NCBI GenBank assembly: GCA_965113315.1
Contig: OZ220370.1
Origin: Podarcis vaucheri
Taxonomy: Eukaryota
Direction: 5' to 3' (one strand)
DNA: 64,000 bases
A program made the translations under genes and the position numbers. Below the pieces are notes generated by a model. It was not told the origin of the DNA and did not search any database. It worked only from the letters and a program-made list of their open reading frames with translations. This document shows positions 12,951 to 26,600 of the stretch, piece after piece (the stretch's first letter is position 1; each line of letters begins with the position of its first letter).

Positions 12951-13455
12951 GATACACTTCTGCAACAATGAAATAAAACACAGAACTCTTTTTATGTCTG
13001 AAATGTGTGCCCATGCTAGTAGTATCAGCAAAGACTTATGGGAAATCAGCTATCAGTTATTTGCAATACAGGATCCACTATTTTGGGCTAATTTCCTCTG
13101 GGTTTCTCTGTCCCAATAATTAAACGCCTCTCTGTGAAACACACCCTTTCCCCTTTGCAATGTGTCCCTTACAGTCCAAGATAGCAGTAAAATGTCAATT
13201 TATTTTAGGAACGGAAGCCTCCATAACCTGTTGGGTGCCTATCTGAAATTATTCAGTGAGTACTAACAACATCTATAGTACAAACAGACCAGAACCAACA
13301 TGGTGTATAATTCTGAAGCAGCCTTCTGGTACTGAACCACCAAGAATTTGATCTGGCAAATATGTGTTCTTATTTTCAATGAGCCATAGGAAAAACAAAC
13401 ATGGTAAAGAAAAAAGTAAAATGGGTCAACACCATCAGCCATTTAAGTGCTATTT

Positions 13456-13474
13456 CAGCACCACCTAGTGGCAA
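13456..13474 (-). promoter_or_regulatory. CTCF-like motif upstream of UBXN2B
   Basis: The reverse complement TTGCCACTAGGTGGTGCTG closely matches the CTCF core. Motif match only. Confidence 0.5.
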
Positions 13475-13719
13475 ACCGTTTCTCTGTAAAAAGGGTTTTA
13501 AAAAGATACAGTAGATGAAAGATATTTTATTGGAGAGAAATGATAGCAGTTTACAAAAAACAGCAAAGTTATCAATAAAAACAGTTAAAAATAACAATAT
13601 AAAACATTTGCAAAACTAATTAAAATCAACGATCAGCTAAAAACCAGTTTATAGCACCTGCCAACATTCTGTATGTCTGAATAGACTTGCCTAAACAAAA
13701 ATCTTTTCAGCAGGCACCG

Positions 13720-14650
13720 AATACAGTGACAGCAGCTGCCGCACGTCAATAGTCAAGGGAGTTCTAAAGCGTGGGCGCCGTCACACTAAAAGATTAATTT
13801 CTTACAAGTGCATCACGAATATTCTGTGGCACCTGCAGCAGTGCCAGTTTCGCAGATCGGGGTTATGAGGCGAAAGAATAATAAATATCATTATCCCTTA
13901 ACCGGAAGCAAGATTGGCCGCTGCACCCTTTTTTTTTTCTGGCACCACCTGACCCGATGGAGAGGGACGGGGCAACGAACGCAGACTGCGCGTGCGCACA
14001 CTGAACGGAATGGGGCCAGAGTTCGAGGCTTAGCGAGGGGCGCGCGAAGAATTGGTCCAGCTCCTGAGATCTCGTTGCCATAGCTACACGCGCTGCCGGA
14101 AGTGCTCCTCCATGGTCCCGCCCAGCTCCCCGAGCCTCTCCGTAGCGCAGAACTCGGGCTCCTGGGAGAGACTTCTTGGCCGCTGAAGATGGCGGACGGC
14201 GGGGCGAGCGCCGAGCAGGAGGAGCAGCAGCAGCAGCAGCAAGAGAAGGCGGAGGACGAGGATACGGGACCCGGCACGAGCGGGATGCGGCGGGAGAAAG
14301 GGCCCCGTGGAAGCGGGCGGCCCCCTACCGTCAGGGACCTGCAGGTACGGGGAGCGGAGTGGGGCGGGCGACGCAGCCGTCGGTGTCGCCTCCCCTTCCT
14401 GGGAGTCGCTCCGCCTCGTAAACCGAGGGTGGAGGTGCTCCAGAATGGCCAGCCAGGGTGGTGTAAGAGAGCAAGCTGGGAGCTGTCGCTTTCTGGGAGA
14501 GTTTATAGCAAGCAGGCATTATTTCTTGGCAGCCGCCGTGTGCTGTCCCCGCACCTTCTTTTCCTCGCAACTGATGGCGACACGCCTTGCCTTAGGTAAA
14601 ACCTCCGCCGAGCTCACCGTGTTGCCAAACACGGGTTGTACCGGGGGGGG
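13720..14650. promoter_or_regulatory. UBXN2B: CpG-island promoter of UBXN2B
   Basis: CpG-dense. ETS ACCGGAAG 13901-13908 and CCGGAAGTG 14096-14104; reverse CCAAT (ATTGG) ~13913-13917; NRF1-like TGCGCGTGCGCA 13987-13998; RFX X-box-like GTTGCCATAGCTAC 14074-14087; YY1-like AAGATGGCGG over the ATG. Confidence 0.8.
14189..14344 (+). CDS. UBXN2B: UBXN2B coding exon 1 ([18 protein letters not shown]...PPTVRDLQ)
   Basis: ATG in aagATGG context inside a CpG island; 156 nt; donor CAG|GTACGG. Confidence 0.92.
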
Positions 14651-17600
14651 GGTGGCTGTTAAATATAGGTTAAGAGCTGGAAATGTCGTTTCCTCATCAG
14701 TCTCTAGTGAAATGAAATGGCATGGGGAAACTGCTCTGACAGTGCATTCCTCTGCATGCCTTTTCAAAAGTAAGCATCGCTGAGCTCAGTGGGGCTTGCT
14801 CCCGGTAAGAGAGTGCATATGGTTTTGGCTGGAGATATTTGCCTCAGCGATTCAAGTTTGTGTCTGCTTTTTTTGCACACCAGGCCAGACACCAGGAACG
14901 ATTTTCCGAAATAAATCAAAGTAACCATATAGAGTTGCCTGTTGATGTCAGAATCTCTTATCTAAAGTCTCAAACTGTGATATGTTATTTGTGGCTTCGC
15001 AATTCTATGGAGCATTAAAATGTTTATGAAAAACATGTTCTTGCCCTAAATTTTGTGCCCTCGCCCTGAAGCAGCTTGTCATTGAAATGGCATCTGGCCC
15101 TCTTCATAGAAATGATGTTGTTTCTAATCCAGATTTTAAAAATACATTGCAGTGAAACATCAATACTCAGGGAAACAAAATTAAACTATAATACTTTAGG
15201 TTTTCAGTGTAGAAACAAACCATATAGCAGAATTTACTTTAATTTTTGCTTCTTATTCTTTGGGCCACTTAATTGATATTAATAAGATCTATTATGTAAA
15301 TTACATGCAGCTTTTTTACTCTCACATCTTTGCCAAGTGCAAACCCACATCCACCATTCATTGAAAACAACAGAGAGGGCAAAAAATACACATGCAAAAA
15401 TACAGCATGGACATCTCTGTGTACTTTAATAATCATGAAGTTAATCTTCATAGGCTTTAAATCAAAAAGTATTTTGATAATTGCCTAGTTCGTGAGCTGA
15501 GATAGCTCAGTCAGTAGAGCATGAGACTCTTAATCTCAGGGTTGTGGATTCGAGCCCCACATTAGGTGAAAGATTCCTGCATTGCAGGGGGTTGGACTAG
15601 ATTACCCTTGTTGTCTCTCCCAACTGCAATTTTATGATTCTATATAGCAAAGCTCATAATATTTCTGCCTCTTGCTTGGACTTCAGTATATATTCTGTAA
15701 TAATTGCTTAGACATATCATTAACCTCCACTGTGTCTACAGCAAGAAATGAAACCTGTGGCCCTCAGATATTGTTGGACCATTGGCCCCACCCAGCATAG
15801 CCAATGGTCATGGAAGATGAGAGCTGTAGTCCCCAGTTCCTGGTCTAGAAGTCAGTAGAAGTTGGCCTAATTTGCTTGTCATGTTAAACCATAGTTTAAA
15901 ACAAACTATGCTGAAAACAAACCATAAGCCCAATGTTAGACAGCACCACACTTGTGGTCAGCAGGAGTTAGAAGAAGCACCATGCACCAACATGCTTCTC
16001 TTTCATTTATATTAAATTAAAAATGGTTTTATGTAATACAGTGGTGCCCCGCAAGACGGAAAACTCGCAAGACGGAAAACTCGCTAGACGAAAGAGTTTT
16101 CTGTTTTGGAGGTGCTTCGCAAAACGAATTTCCTATGGGCTTGCTTCGCAAGACGACAATGTCTTGCGAGTTCCTGCTGGTTTTTTCCCCTCCCCCCCTT
16201 TTCTAAGCCGCTAAGCAGCTTATCAGCTGATCCGATCAGCAGATAAGCCGCTAATAGCGCTAATCCGCTAATCCTTCAATGGGCTTGCTTCGCAAGATGA
16301 AAAAACCGCTAGACGAAAAGAATCACAGAACAGATTCTTTTCGCCTTGCGAGGCACCACTGTATGTGAGCTAGATCATTGTGTCTAAGCACATGCTTCTT
16401 GTTCACTTATTACATTATCCTTACTATACTGTTTTATTCTGAAAGTAAAATCATGTTCAGTCATATAAGGAAAGGATTTATAGCTGTCATGAAGAAATGT
16501 TATTAATTGTTGTGCTATCAAGTGTTGCTCTTTTGTGACATTAGTAATTTTTACTTGGCAAACAGCTGTTCTTTCAGCATGTGATTGGGAAAAAAGGTTA
16601 TTTTTTTAAAAATAGTTCTCATAACCATGCCTGCCCAGTGATCTGCATATCTGACCGGTATGAATTAGTCACCTCTCTTTTAAAAGAGAACTACATGTAG
16701 AATACATGTAGTTAGTTTTTTGGGTCTGTAGACATTGACTAAAGCATCTGGTGTTTGGTATAGCTGGCATTGGCTGGATTGTATGAAGATGAAATGAAAA
16801 GACAACCGTCTCATTCTGAGAAACCAACAGCTACAGTAAGCAGTCATCCGAGATTACCAGTGCAAAGGTAAATAAGGGCTTTTATTATTTTTATATGACA
16901 CTGTCAAACAGTTCAAATTAACTGTGATAGTTCCTATAAGTGTGCATTTCAAAAATGCAAATATTAAGCAAGCATTTTAAAAATGTAAAGGAGTCTCTTC
17001 CTAAATCCCTGAAGACGCAATCCTATGTACACTTGTATGGGAGTAAATTCCATTGTGCACAGTGGTACTTACTTCCAAGAAAATGTGCATTGGATTGCAG
17101 TGTGAGTTGCTGTCTTTCATCAGGGAACCAAAGGGCCATGGAGAACCTTCTACATAAGCTCTACTGAAATGCATGAAAGTTGATGAGCAGCACTGGGGCA
17201 AGGTGATTATAATATAAAATTTGTTGTAGACTGGTTCTTGTACAGCATTTGCATGCTATTCCTTTATTATAACAAGAGTCTTCTAACTTAGATTTGACTG
17301 TCACAACCTATGAACTCTACAGAGGTTGGATATCACAAATTAATTTTCAATATAAAAAAATTAAGATTGGTGGTGTAAAATTAATGGAAGTTTAAATGAA
17401 TATTTCTTGGCTGACTTCTTCAGAAGCTTGCGAAAACCAGAAAGAAGTATGAGTGATGACAAGGATAACAAAAGGTACCATAAAATAAGCATTTAATTGA
17501 TTTATAATATTCATAAATAGTGTGTTTAAGTTTTTATGTTCCTTTCCCCCTTGAACTTTTCTTGTCTTTTTATTATTGTTGTCATCATCCCCAGCGGTAA

Positions 17601-20600
17601 TAATACAGTGGTACCTCGGGTTACATATGCTTCAGGTTACAGACTCCGCTAACCCAGAAATAGTGCTTCAGGTTAAGAACTTTGCTTCAGGATGAGAACA
17701 GAAATCGTGCTCCGGTGGCGGGCAGCAGTGGGAGGCTCCATTAGCTAAAGTGGTGCTTCAGGTTAAGAACAGTTTCAGGTTAAGTACAGACCTCCGGAAC
17801 GAATTAAGTACTTAACCCGAGGTACCACTGCAGTTGTCATCCTCAATTGTTGCGGATCCTCTCACGTTGAACGTGGGGTTAATATCATAAGCTAACATGA
17901 GAAGAGACAGTGGAGGTATAATGGCTTTGAGGGCCTCCACAAATTAGTCTAATCCTCTTCTAAAGTCATCTAAGTTGGCAGCCATCACTACCTCTTGTTT
18001 GAGTGAATTCCACAGTTTAACTGTGCTGTGTGGAAAAAGTACTGTCTTTTGTCTATCCTGAGTCTTCCAGCATTCAGCTTCATTGAATGGCTGAGTTTTC
18101 ATAAATCATGCACAATTTTATGCCCACCCACTCCCGGCTTATTTGACTATTTTTCTTGAAAACAAAACAAAAGTCCCCAATGCTGTAACCTTTCATCATG
18201 GAGTTGTTACTCTTAAGTTTGACTGGGTGCCCTGCAAGACACCCTTCCAACTCCTTTGATTCTAAACGATGATGCTTTTTCGTTAGTAGGAAATAATGAC
18301 AGGATAGGTGGTTGTTGGCATCTGTCTGTGTTGAAAGACAATGGAGTTCTTGTCCAGGGGTGAAATCAAATCACTGGAGAATCGCAGCGCCCGCTGTGGC
18401 TGCAGAGACTGGTAACTTGTAACTGCTGCCTCTTGCATTGTTTTTGCTGAGTTAGCAAGCCTGGGCAGTGTGTATGGAGAGCCAGGGCTGCCCAGACAGC
18501 AAGGCCTCCCTCTCAGCCTCACTAATGTAGTCCAAAGGAAAGCAGAGCAATACATTTGGTACCAGCTTGGCTGCAGGGGTTGCTAGAAGGAGGCGTACAA
18601 GATGCCATCCAACTATCCCTAAGACATTCCAATTTTTTTTAGCGTTTACTCCTTAGCCTGTTCTTCCTCTGAAGATGCCCCATAAGGTAGCAGGTAGAAT
18701 AGGTTATACACTCAGCCTTTATTTCTAAAATATGCTTCTTTAAACCAACGTCCAATATAAGATGCACATCTTACATGTTGGAGGTATAAAATCAAAATAT
18801 GAAATAATTCGTCTAATTTTTCACCTTTCTTCAGTGTTTTGGTTTTGTGTGGTTTTCGTCTCTTCGTCCCTGGGGAAGTTTTTTCAAGGGCATGTCTGTG
18901 GGCCATAAATGATATCTCAATTGCATCTTGGAACCTTACACAGGTGCAAACACCCAGTCGTGATTTTTGCATGCTGTCAGATTTCTCCAGTTCTTCAGCA
19001 GCAACCTGTGCCCAATCACTTAGTGTTGCTGAGGATCTTCTGGTCTTCAGAAAACTTTAAGGACGGATGGGGTTCAGGGAATTCCCTTGTGTGAAACTCC
19101 CTTCTATTTGCATCAGGGTTGTGTGAGAGTAGTCCTGCTGAATCACAGCAAAAATGTATCCAGTGCAGCATTCTGTTTCCACAGTGGCCAGGCAGATGCC
19201 TGTTAGAATCCCAGAAGTAGAACACGCAATAGCCCTCTCCCATTTATTGTCCCCAGCAACTCAGATTCAAAGGCATATTGAATGCACCCTATTATTTTTT
19301 ATGAATATCTGGACATCTTAAAGAAGTACAGATAAATTTGGAGTTCCTGACTGTGTCAAAACTCTCTCAATCTTTTAACAGCACATAAGCAGTAATGTGG
19401 TTCTAATCAGAATATGAAATAGTCAGGAAATTAAATAGTATGGGAGGGTGGCTTTTCTTAAAATGAAGATATTAACCAGAATAATATTTTTTCCTAACAT
19501 TACCTGGTAAGGTTCTTCCAAAAATATTGATTCCAGCATGAAGTAAAAATAATTCCAATATAAGGCATTAAAGGGATTAGATATTGTACGTAAAAATAAA
19601 AACTTAATTTCTAAATTTAAAACTATATTTACTTGTTGAAGTTATTAAATGTCTATCTTGCCCTTTCTTCCAAAGGAAGTTCCCGACTTAGAGAGCTTAC
19701 AGTCAAAAGCAGGGTGGAACAGCCACTTTCCCTTCTGAAACAGAGTGCTGTTTCTGGCACTGCACAAACTAATGGACTTCTGTTTGAAAATTTCTTAATA
19801 CTTATGACCAACAAATGCTGTTTGCTTTCTTTATTTTTTTTAAAAAAAGATTTTATTCAGGTGATTCAGAATACAGAGGGCTCAGTGTTGTTGCCTCATC
19901 CAATAATATAGCATCCAGTAAAATTGTCGCTGAACTTTTCAAAGAAGCAAAAGAACATGGGGCAGTCCCGTTAGATGAAGTATCAAGAGCATCGGGGGAT
20001 TGTCATAAAGCTAAAGTAAGTACATGCAATCATTTTTTTATGGGTAAAGCACAATTGTTTTAATGCAAAAGTGCTTTTATTTAACAAGTATAGCACTTGA
20101 TTCCTTTTTAAAAATTACTTTTGATTACTTTCATTACAAAACGTGAGCTGAATTTAGAGAGGCAGCGGGTAAAGTGTACTCCAATTCATAATATTTGCCT
20201 GCTTTAAACCGCTTTTCTGCCAGACAGGAATTTACGGCAATTAACGCTAGATGGGTGGCGCTGTGGGTTAAACCACATAGCCTAGGGCTTGCCGATCAGA
20301 AAGTCGGCGGTTCAAATCCCTGTGGCAGGGTGAGCTCCCATTGCTCAGTCCCTGCTCCTGCCAACCTAGCAGTTCAAAAGCACATCAAAGTGCAAGTAGA
20401 TAAATAGGTACCGCTCCGACGGGAAGGTAAACAGCCTTTCTGTGCACTGCTCTGGTTCACCAGAAGTGGCTTAGTCATGCTGGCCACATGACCCAGAAGC
20501 TGTACGCCGGCTTCCTTGGCCAATAAAGCGAGATGAGTGCCGCAACCACAGAGTCGGCCACGACTGAACCTAATGGTCAGGGGTCCCTTTACCTTTACCT

Positions 20601-23600
20601 AAAGCTAGATGCTGGTGTCCCAGGTTGGGAGGTTATGGGAGAGGGTCATGTGAAAGAAAAGGTGCGGCTCCAGTATCCTTTGTATGAAAATAGTATGGAA
20701 ACACTGCCTACAATTGAATACAAAGTCTAAACTAGTCCACATGATATGGTAAATATCTCCTTAGCAACTACTAGCCATTTCATTACATTGAACAAAATGA
20801 AAGCCACCGGATGTAGTAGATGGTGACCACCCCCAGGTTCATGTTCAAACAGTGTGTGCTGGCACATGTCCCTGACAACTACTTTTCATACTTTGCCTGA
20901 CTTGAGCCATTGCACCAGCCCATACTATATGCTAACCATTATTTAGAACTCAAACCAGGTTGTGGATTTGATTCCTCCTACGGGCCATCTACTTCAACAC
21001 CGCATTGCAGCAGTGTTGGACTAGATGATCCTCAGGGCCCCTTCCAATTCTGCTATTCTATGATTTATTAATTTCCAGATACCCAACAAACAAGCCATAG
21101 TTTAGAGCTGCTTGACTGCTTTTTGTTTTCTGTCTGCTTGTTGTTTAGTCGTTTAGTCGTGTCCGACTCTTCGTGACCCCATGGACCAGAGCACGCCAGG
21201 CACTTCTGTCCTCCACTGCCTCCCGCAGTTTGATCAAACTCATGCTAGTAGCTTCAAGAACACCATCCAACCATCTCATTCTCTGTCGTCCCCTTCTCCT
21301 TGTGCCCTCCATCTTTCCCAACATCAGGGTCTTTTCCAGGGAGTCCTCTCTTCTCATGAGGTGGCCAAAGTATTGGAGCCTCAGCTTCACGATCTGTCCT
21401 TCCAGTGAGCACTCAGGGCTGATTTCCTTCAGAATGGAGAGGTTTGATCTTCTTGCAGTCCATGGGACTCTCAAGAGTCTCCTCCAGCACCATAATTCAA
21501 AAGCATCAATTCTTCGGCGATCAGCCTTCTTTATGGTCCAGCTCTCACTTCCATACATCACTACTGGGAAAACCATGGCTTTTACTATACGGACCTTTGT
21601 TGGCAAGGTGATGTCTCTGCTTTTTAAGATGTTGTCTAGGTTTGCCATCGCCTTTCTCCCAAGGAGCAGGCGTCTTTTAATTTCGTAACTGCTGTCACCA
21701 TCTGCAGTGATCATGGAGCCCAAGAAAGTAAAATCTCTCACTGCCTCCATTTCTTCCCCATCTATTTGCCAGGAGGTGATGGGCCCAGTGGCCATGATCT
21801 TCGTTTTTTTGATGTTGAGCTTCAGACCATATTTTGCGCTCTCCTCTTTCACCCTCATTAAAAGGTTCTTTAATTCCTCTTCACTTTCTGCCATCAAGGT
21901 TGTGTCGTCTGCATATCTGAGGTTGTTGATATTTCTTCCGGCAATCTTAATTCCGGCTTGGGATTCATCCAGCCCAGCCTTTCGCATGATGAATTCTGCA
22001 TATAAGTTAAATAAGCAGGGAGACAATATACAGCCTTGCCGTACTCCTTTCCCAATTTGGAACCAATCAGTTGTTCCATATCCAGTTCTAACTGTAGCTT
22101 CTTGTCCCACATAGAGATTTCGCAGGAGACAGATGAGGTGATCAGGCACTCCCATTTCTTTAAGAACTTGCCATAGTTTGCTGTGGTCAACACAGTCAAA
22201 GGCTTTTGCATAGTCAATGAAGCAGAAGTAGATGTCTTTCTGGAACTCTCTGGCTTTCTCCATAATCCAGCGCATGTTTGCAATTTGGTCTCTGGTTCCT
22301 CTGCCTCTTCGAAATCCAGCTTGCACTTCTGGGAGTTCTCGGTCCACATACTGCTTGAGCCTTCCTTGTAGAATTTTAAGCATAACCTTGCTAGCATGTG
22401 AAATGTCTGCTTAGCACTTATTAAATCTACTCCTATTTCTGTGGAACAGGAACTTCTGGAGGTGGAGTTGACAGCTGGGACACTGGTTTGCTTTTCAATT
22501 TGAGCATCATGCCAGTGCATACTTTGCAATCCAACTTCAAACTATGCTTTCAGATCCTGTTTTACTGGTTGATCAAAACAACATCATTTGGCATGCTTGA
22601 GTTTTTCTGTGTACTATAGGAAATTACTTTCTGCTCACCAGAAGAGAAGAGTGTCACTATCTATAAAAATATTGTTTTGAGTTGCTTATTACTTAATTGT
22701 GTGATTAAACCAGTTGTCACTGACTTTTGCCAAATCTTCCCCCCTGTGAAGACTTTCTTTCTAAGCTGCAGGGTGCATTTTTTACAAAGTATTTACTTAA
22801 CTAAACAGTGATCTGTTAATATTACTAGTAGTCAGTTGGTTTAAAATAAATTCAAGTAGTTACTGCAGCTCTGTAACTCAGACCTGTATTTTAAATATTT
22901 TATTAGTCATTTTCTGGTGGTGGATACAGATTGGGGAAGTCAACTATGAAGCGCTCTGAATATATCTATGGAGAAAATCAGTTTGGACAAGATGTAAGTA
23001 TAAATACGATGAACATAATTTCCTGTTACATGCAAGAGATAATTAACTTTAGGAACCCTGTGTGCGTAACATATGACATACCCAACTGCAAGAGAAATTC
23101 CTGATAGCTTGTTCCTTATATCATCAATATATACCTAGATAATTTTATAGAACCATAAGTTACATTTGACAATAATAATTTTTTGAACTCCAGTGATGCA
23201 AAAACAAATATTTTAAAGGGAATGTAATTATTTCTGTACTAGGGACTCAGAGTGAGTTTTAGAGCGAGTTAGGCGAAAGGAATCAAGGTGCTTCTCTTAT
23301 TGATCAGAGCTCCTATTTGAATAAAAGCTTCACTTTAAGTGATATGTCCAAAACATAAGATCTTAGTCCTTAAGCCAATGTATATGAAGTGAAAGATACA
23401 AAGTGATAACCTCTAACTCAGGGGTCAGCAAACTTTTTTAGCAGGGGGCTGGTCCACTGTCCCTCAGACCTTGTGGGGGGCAGGACTATATTGGGGGGGG
23501 GAGATGAACGAATTCCTGTGCCCCACAAATAACCCAGAGATGCATTTTAAATAAAAGGATACATTCTACTCATGTAAAAACACGTCCATTCCCGAACCAT

Positions 23601-26600
23601 CCGTGGGTTGGATTTAGAAGGTGATTGGGCCGGATCTAGCCCCCGAGCCTTAGTTTGCCTCCCCATGCTCTAACTAGACAGCATGCCGTATTTGTGGTTT
23701 CTTCTGAATGAACAATAGAATACATTACCATGTGTTGCCTGACCACATCATGGTTGGCACTAGCAAATACCATCCCATTGCCGTCCTTGTTGGTTAGTGT
23801 TCCACAAGGGCAGTGTGGATTCATGTGTGAGAATTCCCATGCAGTGAAGAGAGTGAGGCAGTCCTTTCTCATAAAGAGCTACAGAGGCACAGCAGAGCCC
23901 TTCTGGACACTGAGTTGGAGCTAATGTGTCTTTGATTACATTCTGATGGCATAAATTCATAGGCAAATGCAACACATTCCTTTTAGACTGTGGGTTGTAC
24001 CCAATGTTAGTTCTACACATAGTACGCATAGTAGATGCATTGAAATTAATGGACATAACTCACTTGGGTCCATTACTTTTAATGGGTCTGCTCTTTGAAG
24101 GCAGCCCTGTTTAGGGAAGCTTTTAGTGTTTGATGGACTATTATATTTTAATATTTTGTTGGAAGCCGCCCAACAATATTATTATTATTACAGTGGTACC
24201 TTGGGATGCAAACGGGATCCGTTCCGGAGCCCTGTTCGCATCCCGAACGGAATGCAAGACGCGACAGCACGTGTGCGTGGGTCTCATTTCGCCGCTTCTG
24301 TGCATGCGTGTGACGTCATTTTGAGCGTCTGCGCATATGCGAGCGACGAAACCCGGAAGTAATGCGCTCCGTTACTTCCGGGTTGCTGCGGAGCGCAACT
24401 CGAACACGCTCAACCCAAAGCACGTTCAACTCGAGGTATGACTGTATAGCTGAATAGAATGTTTAGTATTGTAATACTGGAAAACAAACCAAGATGAATA
24501 TAATGATCAAACATCTGGTGTTACTTTTTTACATTTTCAAAGTGCATCTGATTTATTCATAGGTTCAAATTTTACTTAAACTGTGGAGGAACGGTTTTAG
24601 TTTAGATGATGGAGAGCTGAGATCATACACGGATCCAGTGAATGCAGAGTTTCTTGAGTCTGTTAAAAGAGGGTAAGTTTATGGTATTTGTGGCTATAGG
24701 AACACATTGCTTCCAGTGCAGTGGAAGAAACTGCAGCTGGGGAGGAAATCCAAAAAGCCTCAGTAGCTAAGTAGAAGTCCTAGGATCAATTAAAGAGATG
24801 CTGCTTGGTTTGGAATACTCCCTTTTCCACAAGGTCTTCTGTTTTAAGTGATGGCCTTAGCAGTACCTAGGCAAGGCGTCAGTGGTACCCTAGACAGATC
24901 CATGCAGAAATCAGGCTAGATCATAAGACCTGAGCTCAGATATTGTTTCAGCAACCAAGTCTCAAATAGAGCTACAGCTTCTATTTTGTCTGCCTTTGAA
25001 GAGAGGAGCATCTTTACTGTAGTAGTAATTGACTCTGATGGAGCGTAGGAGGCTGTGGGTCCACTAGGGCAGAGGTTGGGAAACCTCAAGCCCAGGGGCT
25101 GAACGTGGCCCTCCAGGCCTCTGTCTCCATCACCATCACCAGGCCATGCCCCATACCAGCCCCATTCCTCGCCGTCCTCAAGTACTTTCTCCTGGTTGAA
25201 ATGTGGCCTTAAACTATGATAATGCATCCTGCTTACCTGGATAAAGAGATAAGCCTCTTAGCTGCAATATAGCCTACTCTACAAAGGTGAGAGCCGCATC
25301 TGTTTTTTCCAGCCTCACCCACAACTGGGATGCAGCTCCTTCAAGGTTGCCCATGAGGCAATGAAGCTGTAAAACGTTCCCCATTCCTGCACTAGGTCTT
25401 CTGAACTGAGTCTGAGGAAGGCAACATGGTGTCCTCACACCCCGTAGAGGTATTGGCACAACCAGCTCTTCTGGTGAAGTGTTTCTGTTTGGCTGTTTAC
25501 ATCTTGAACTGGGAGCAATTCTCTCCCCAAATCTCCAGCTGAACTGCTTGAAGAAGAGTTGTTTTTTTAAGAGTGAGAGATTGGTCTCAGGATCAGAGGG
25601 TTTAGCATTTGGAGCACTGGTCCAGTTATCGTCAAGAGAACGGTTCTAACTTATGAGAAAATGTAGGCTGCAATAGACCATTTTGATAAGGAAAGGATAA
25701 ATATTTAGGGAAGGGATGGTAATTTGCAACCAGCTGGCACCAAAAACAGCTGTTTCTAGATCAAGGAAATAGATCACAATTACTAGAGAAGTCTATATAT
25801 CCCATAAATGACATGTGAGGAAGCTTGTTTATTATATATGTTGCTTTATGGAAAGGTTGGTTTTGATAGAGGACTTTTTTATTAAAAATGTACCAAAAAG
25901 GATATTCTGTTACTAGGGGCTGTATCATCCTCAACCACTGAATAGGATATGAATACCCAGCCCTGTAACATGGTGATGACTCTTCTAGACAGTCGTTTAT
26001 TTTCAGCCTGCGGCTTCAACATGTAGCAAGTGAAGTACATATAATTTTGCCTTTCTCCCCCCGCCCCTTCCTGACCATAATTTTGCCTGTAGCATTTCTT
26101 ATGTAAGCCCGATTAACAGCACAATACTATACATGTCTACTGAAATTAAGTCTCTTTGGTTCTTATTCTGTGGTAAGCGTGTATAGGATTATATATTAAA
26201 CAAGCCATTTTATCTGCATTGTGGAATGTATGTGCTGATAACAGAGAAGACTAGTGCATAGTGGATCTGAACTATTGTTGTTATCATTATTTCATATTTT
26301 AATGACGTGATCCAGACAAGATTGAATACTTTTCAGTTTCATCACTTGCTCTTTATGCTCTTGCATAAATCAATAAAACTGCTTAAATTGGATATTTTCC
26401 CTTTTGTTTCTGCTGTTAAGAGAGATTCCTGCAGAACTTCAACGTTTGGTGCATGGAGGCCAAGTTAATCTGGATATGGAAGACCACCAGGAGCAGGAAT
26501 ATGTAAGGCCTAGATTGAGATTCAAAGCTTTCAGTGGAGAAGGCCAGAAACTTGGAAGGTTAATTTTTTTTTTCAAAATCCTTGGTTTATAAAAATACAA

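Noticed and set aside
14102-14599. Single-exon 165-aa protein
   Set aside because: Starts at GTG and reads through the exon 1 donor. Only 14189-14344 matches UBXN2B.
15496-15568. tRNA-Lys(CTT) gene
   Set aside because: The acceptor stem does not pair (GCTGAGA vs TTAGGTG), the sequence continues into a CR1-type tail, and it recurs degenerately at 36925 and 53923. It is a SINE head.
16040-16360. CRISPR-like array (CGCAAGACG and CTTCAGGTTA iterations)
   Set aside because: Eukaryotic DNA. The repeats are irregular MITE subterminal motifs with no unique spacers and no cas genes.
18290-18660. Possible old RTE-like 5' UTR or SINE fragment
   Set aside because: It looks repeat-like, but there is no second copy, TSD or protein motif in the window to support a call.
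21894-22529. 211-aa minus-strand ORF
   Set aside because: Alternative frame of the BovB sequence running into flanking DNA.
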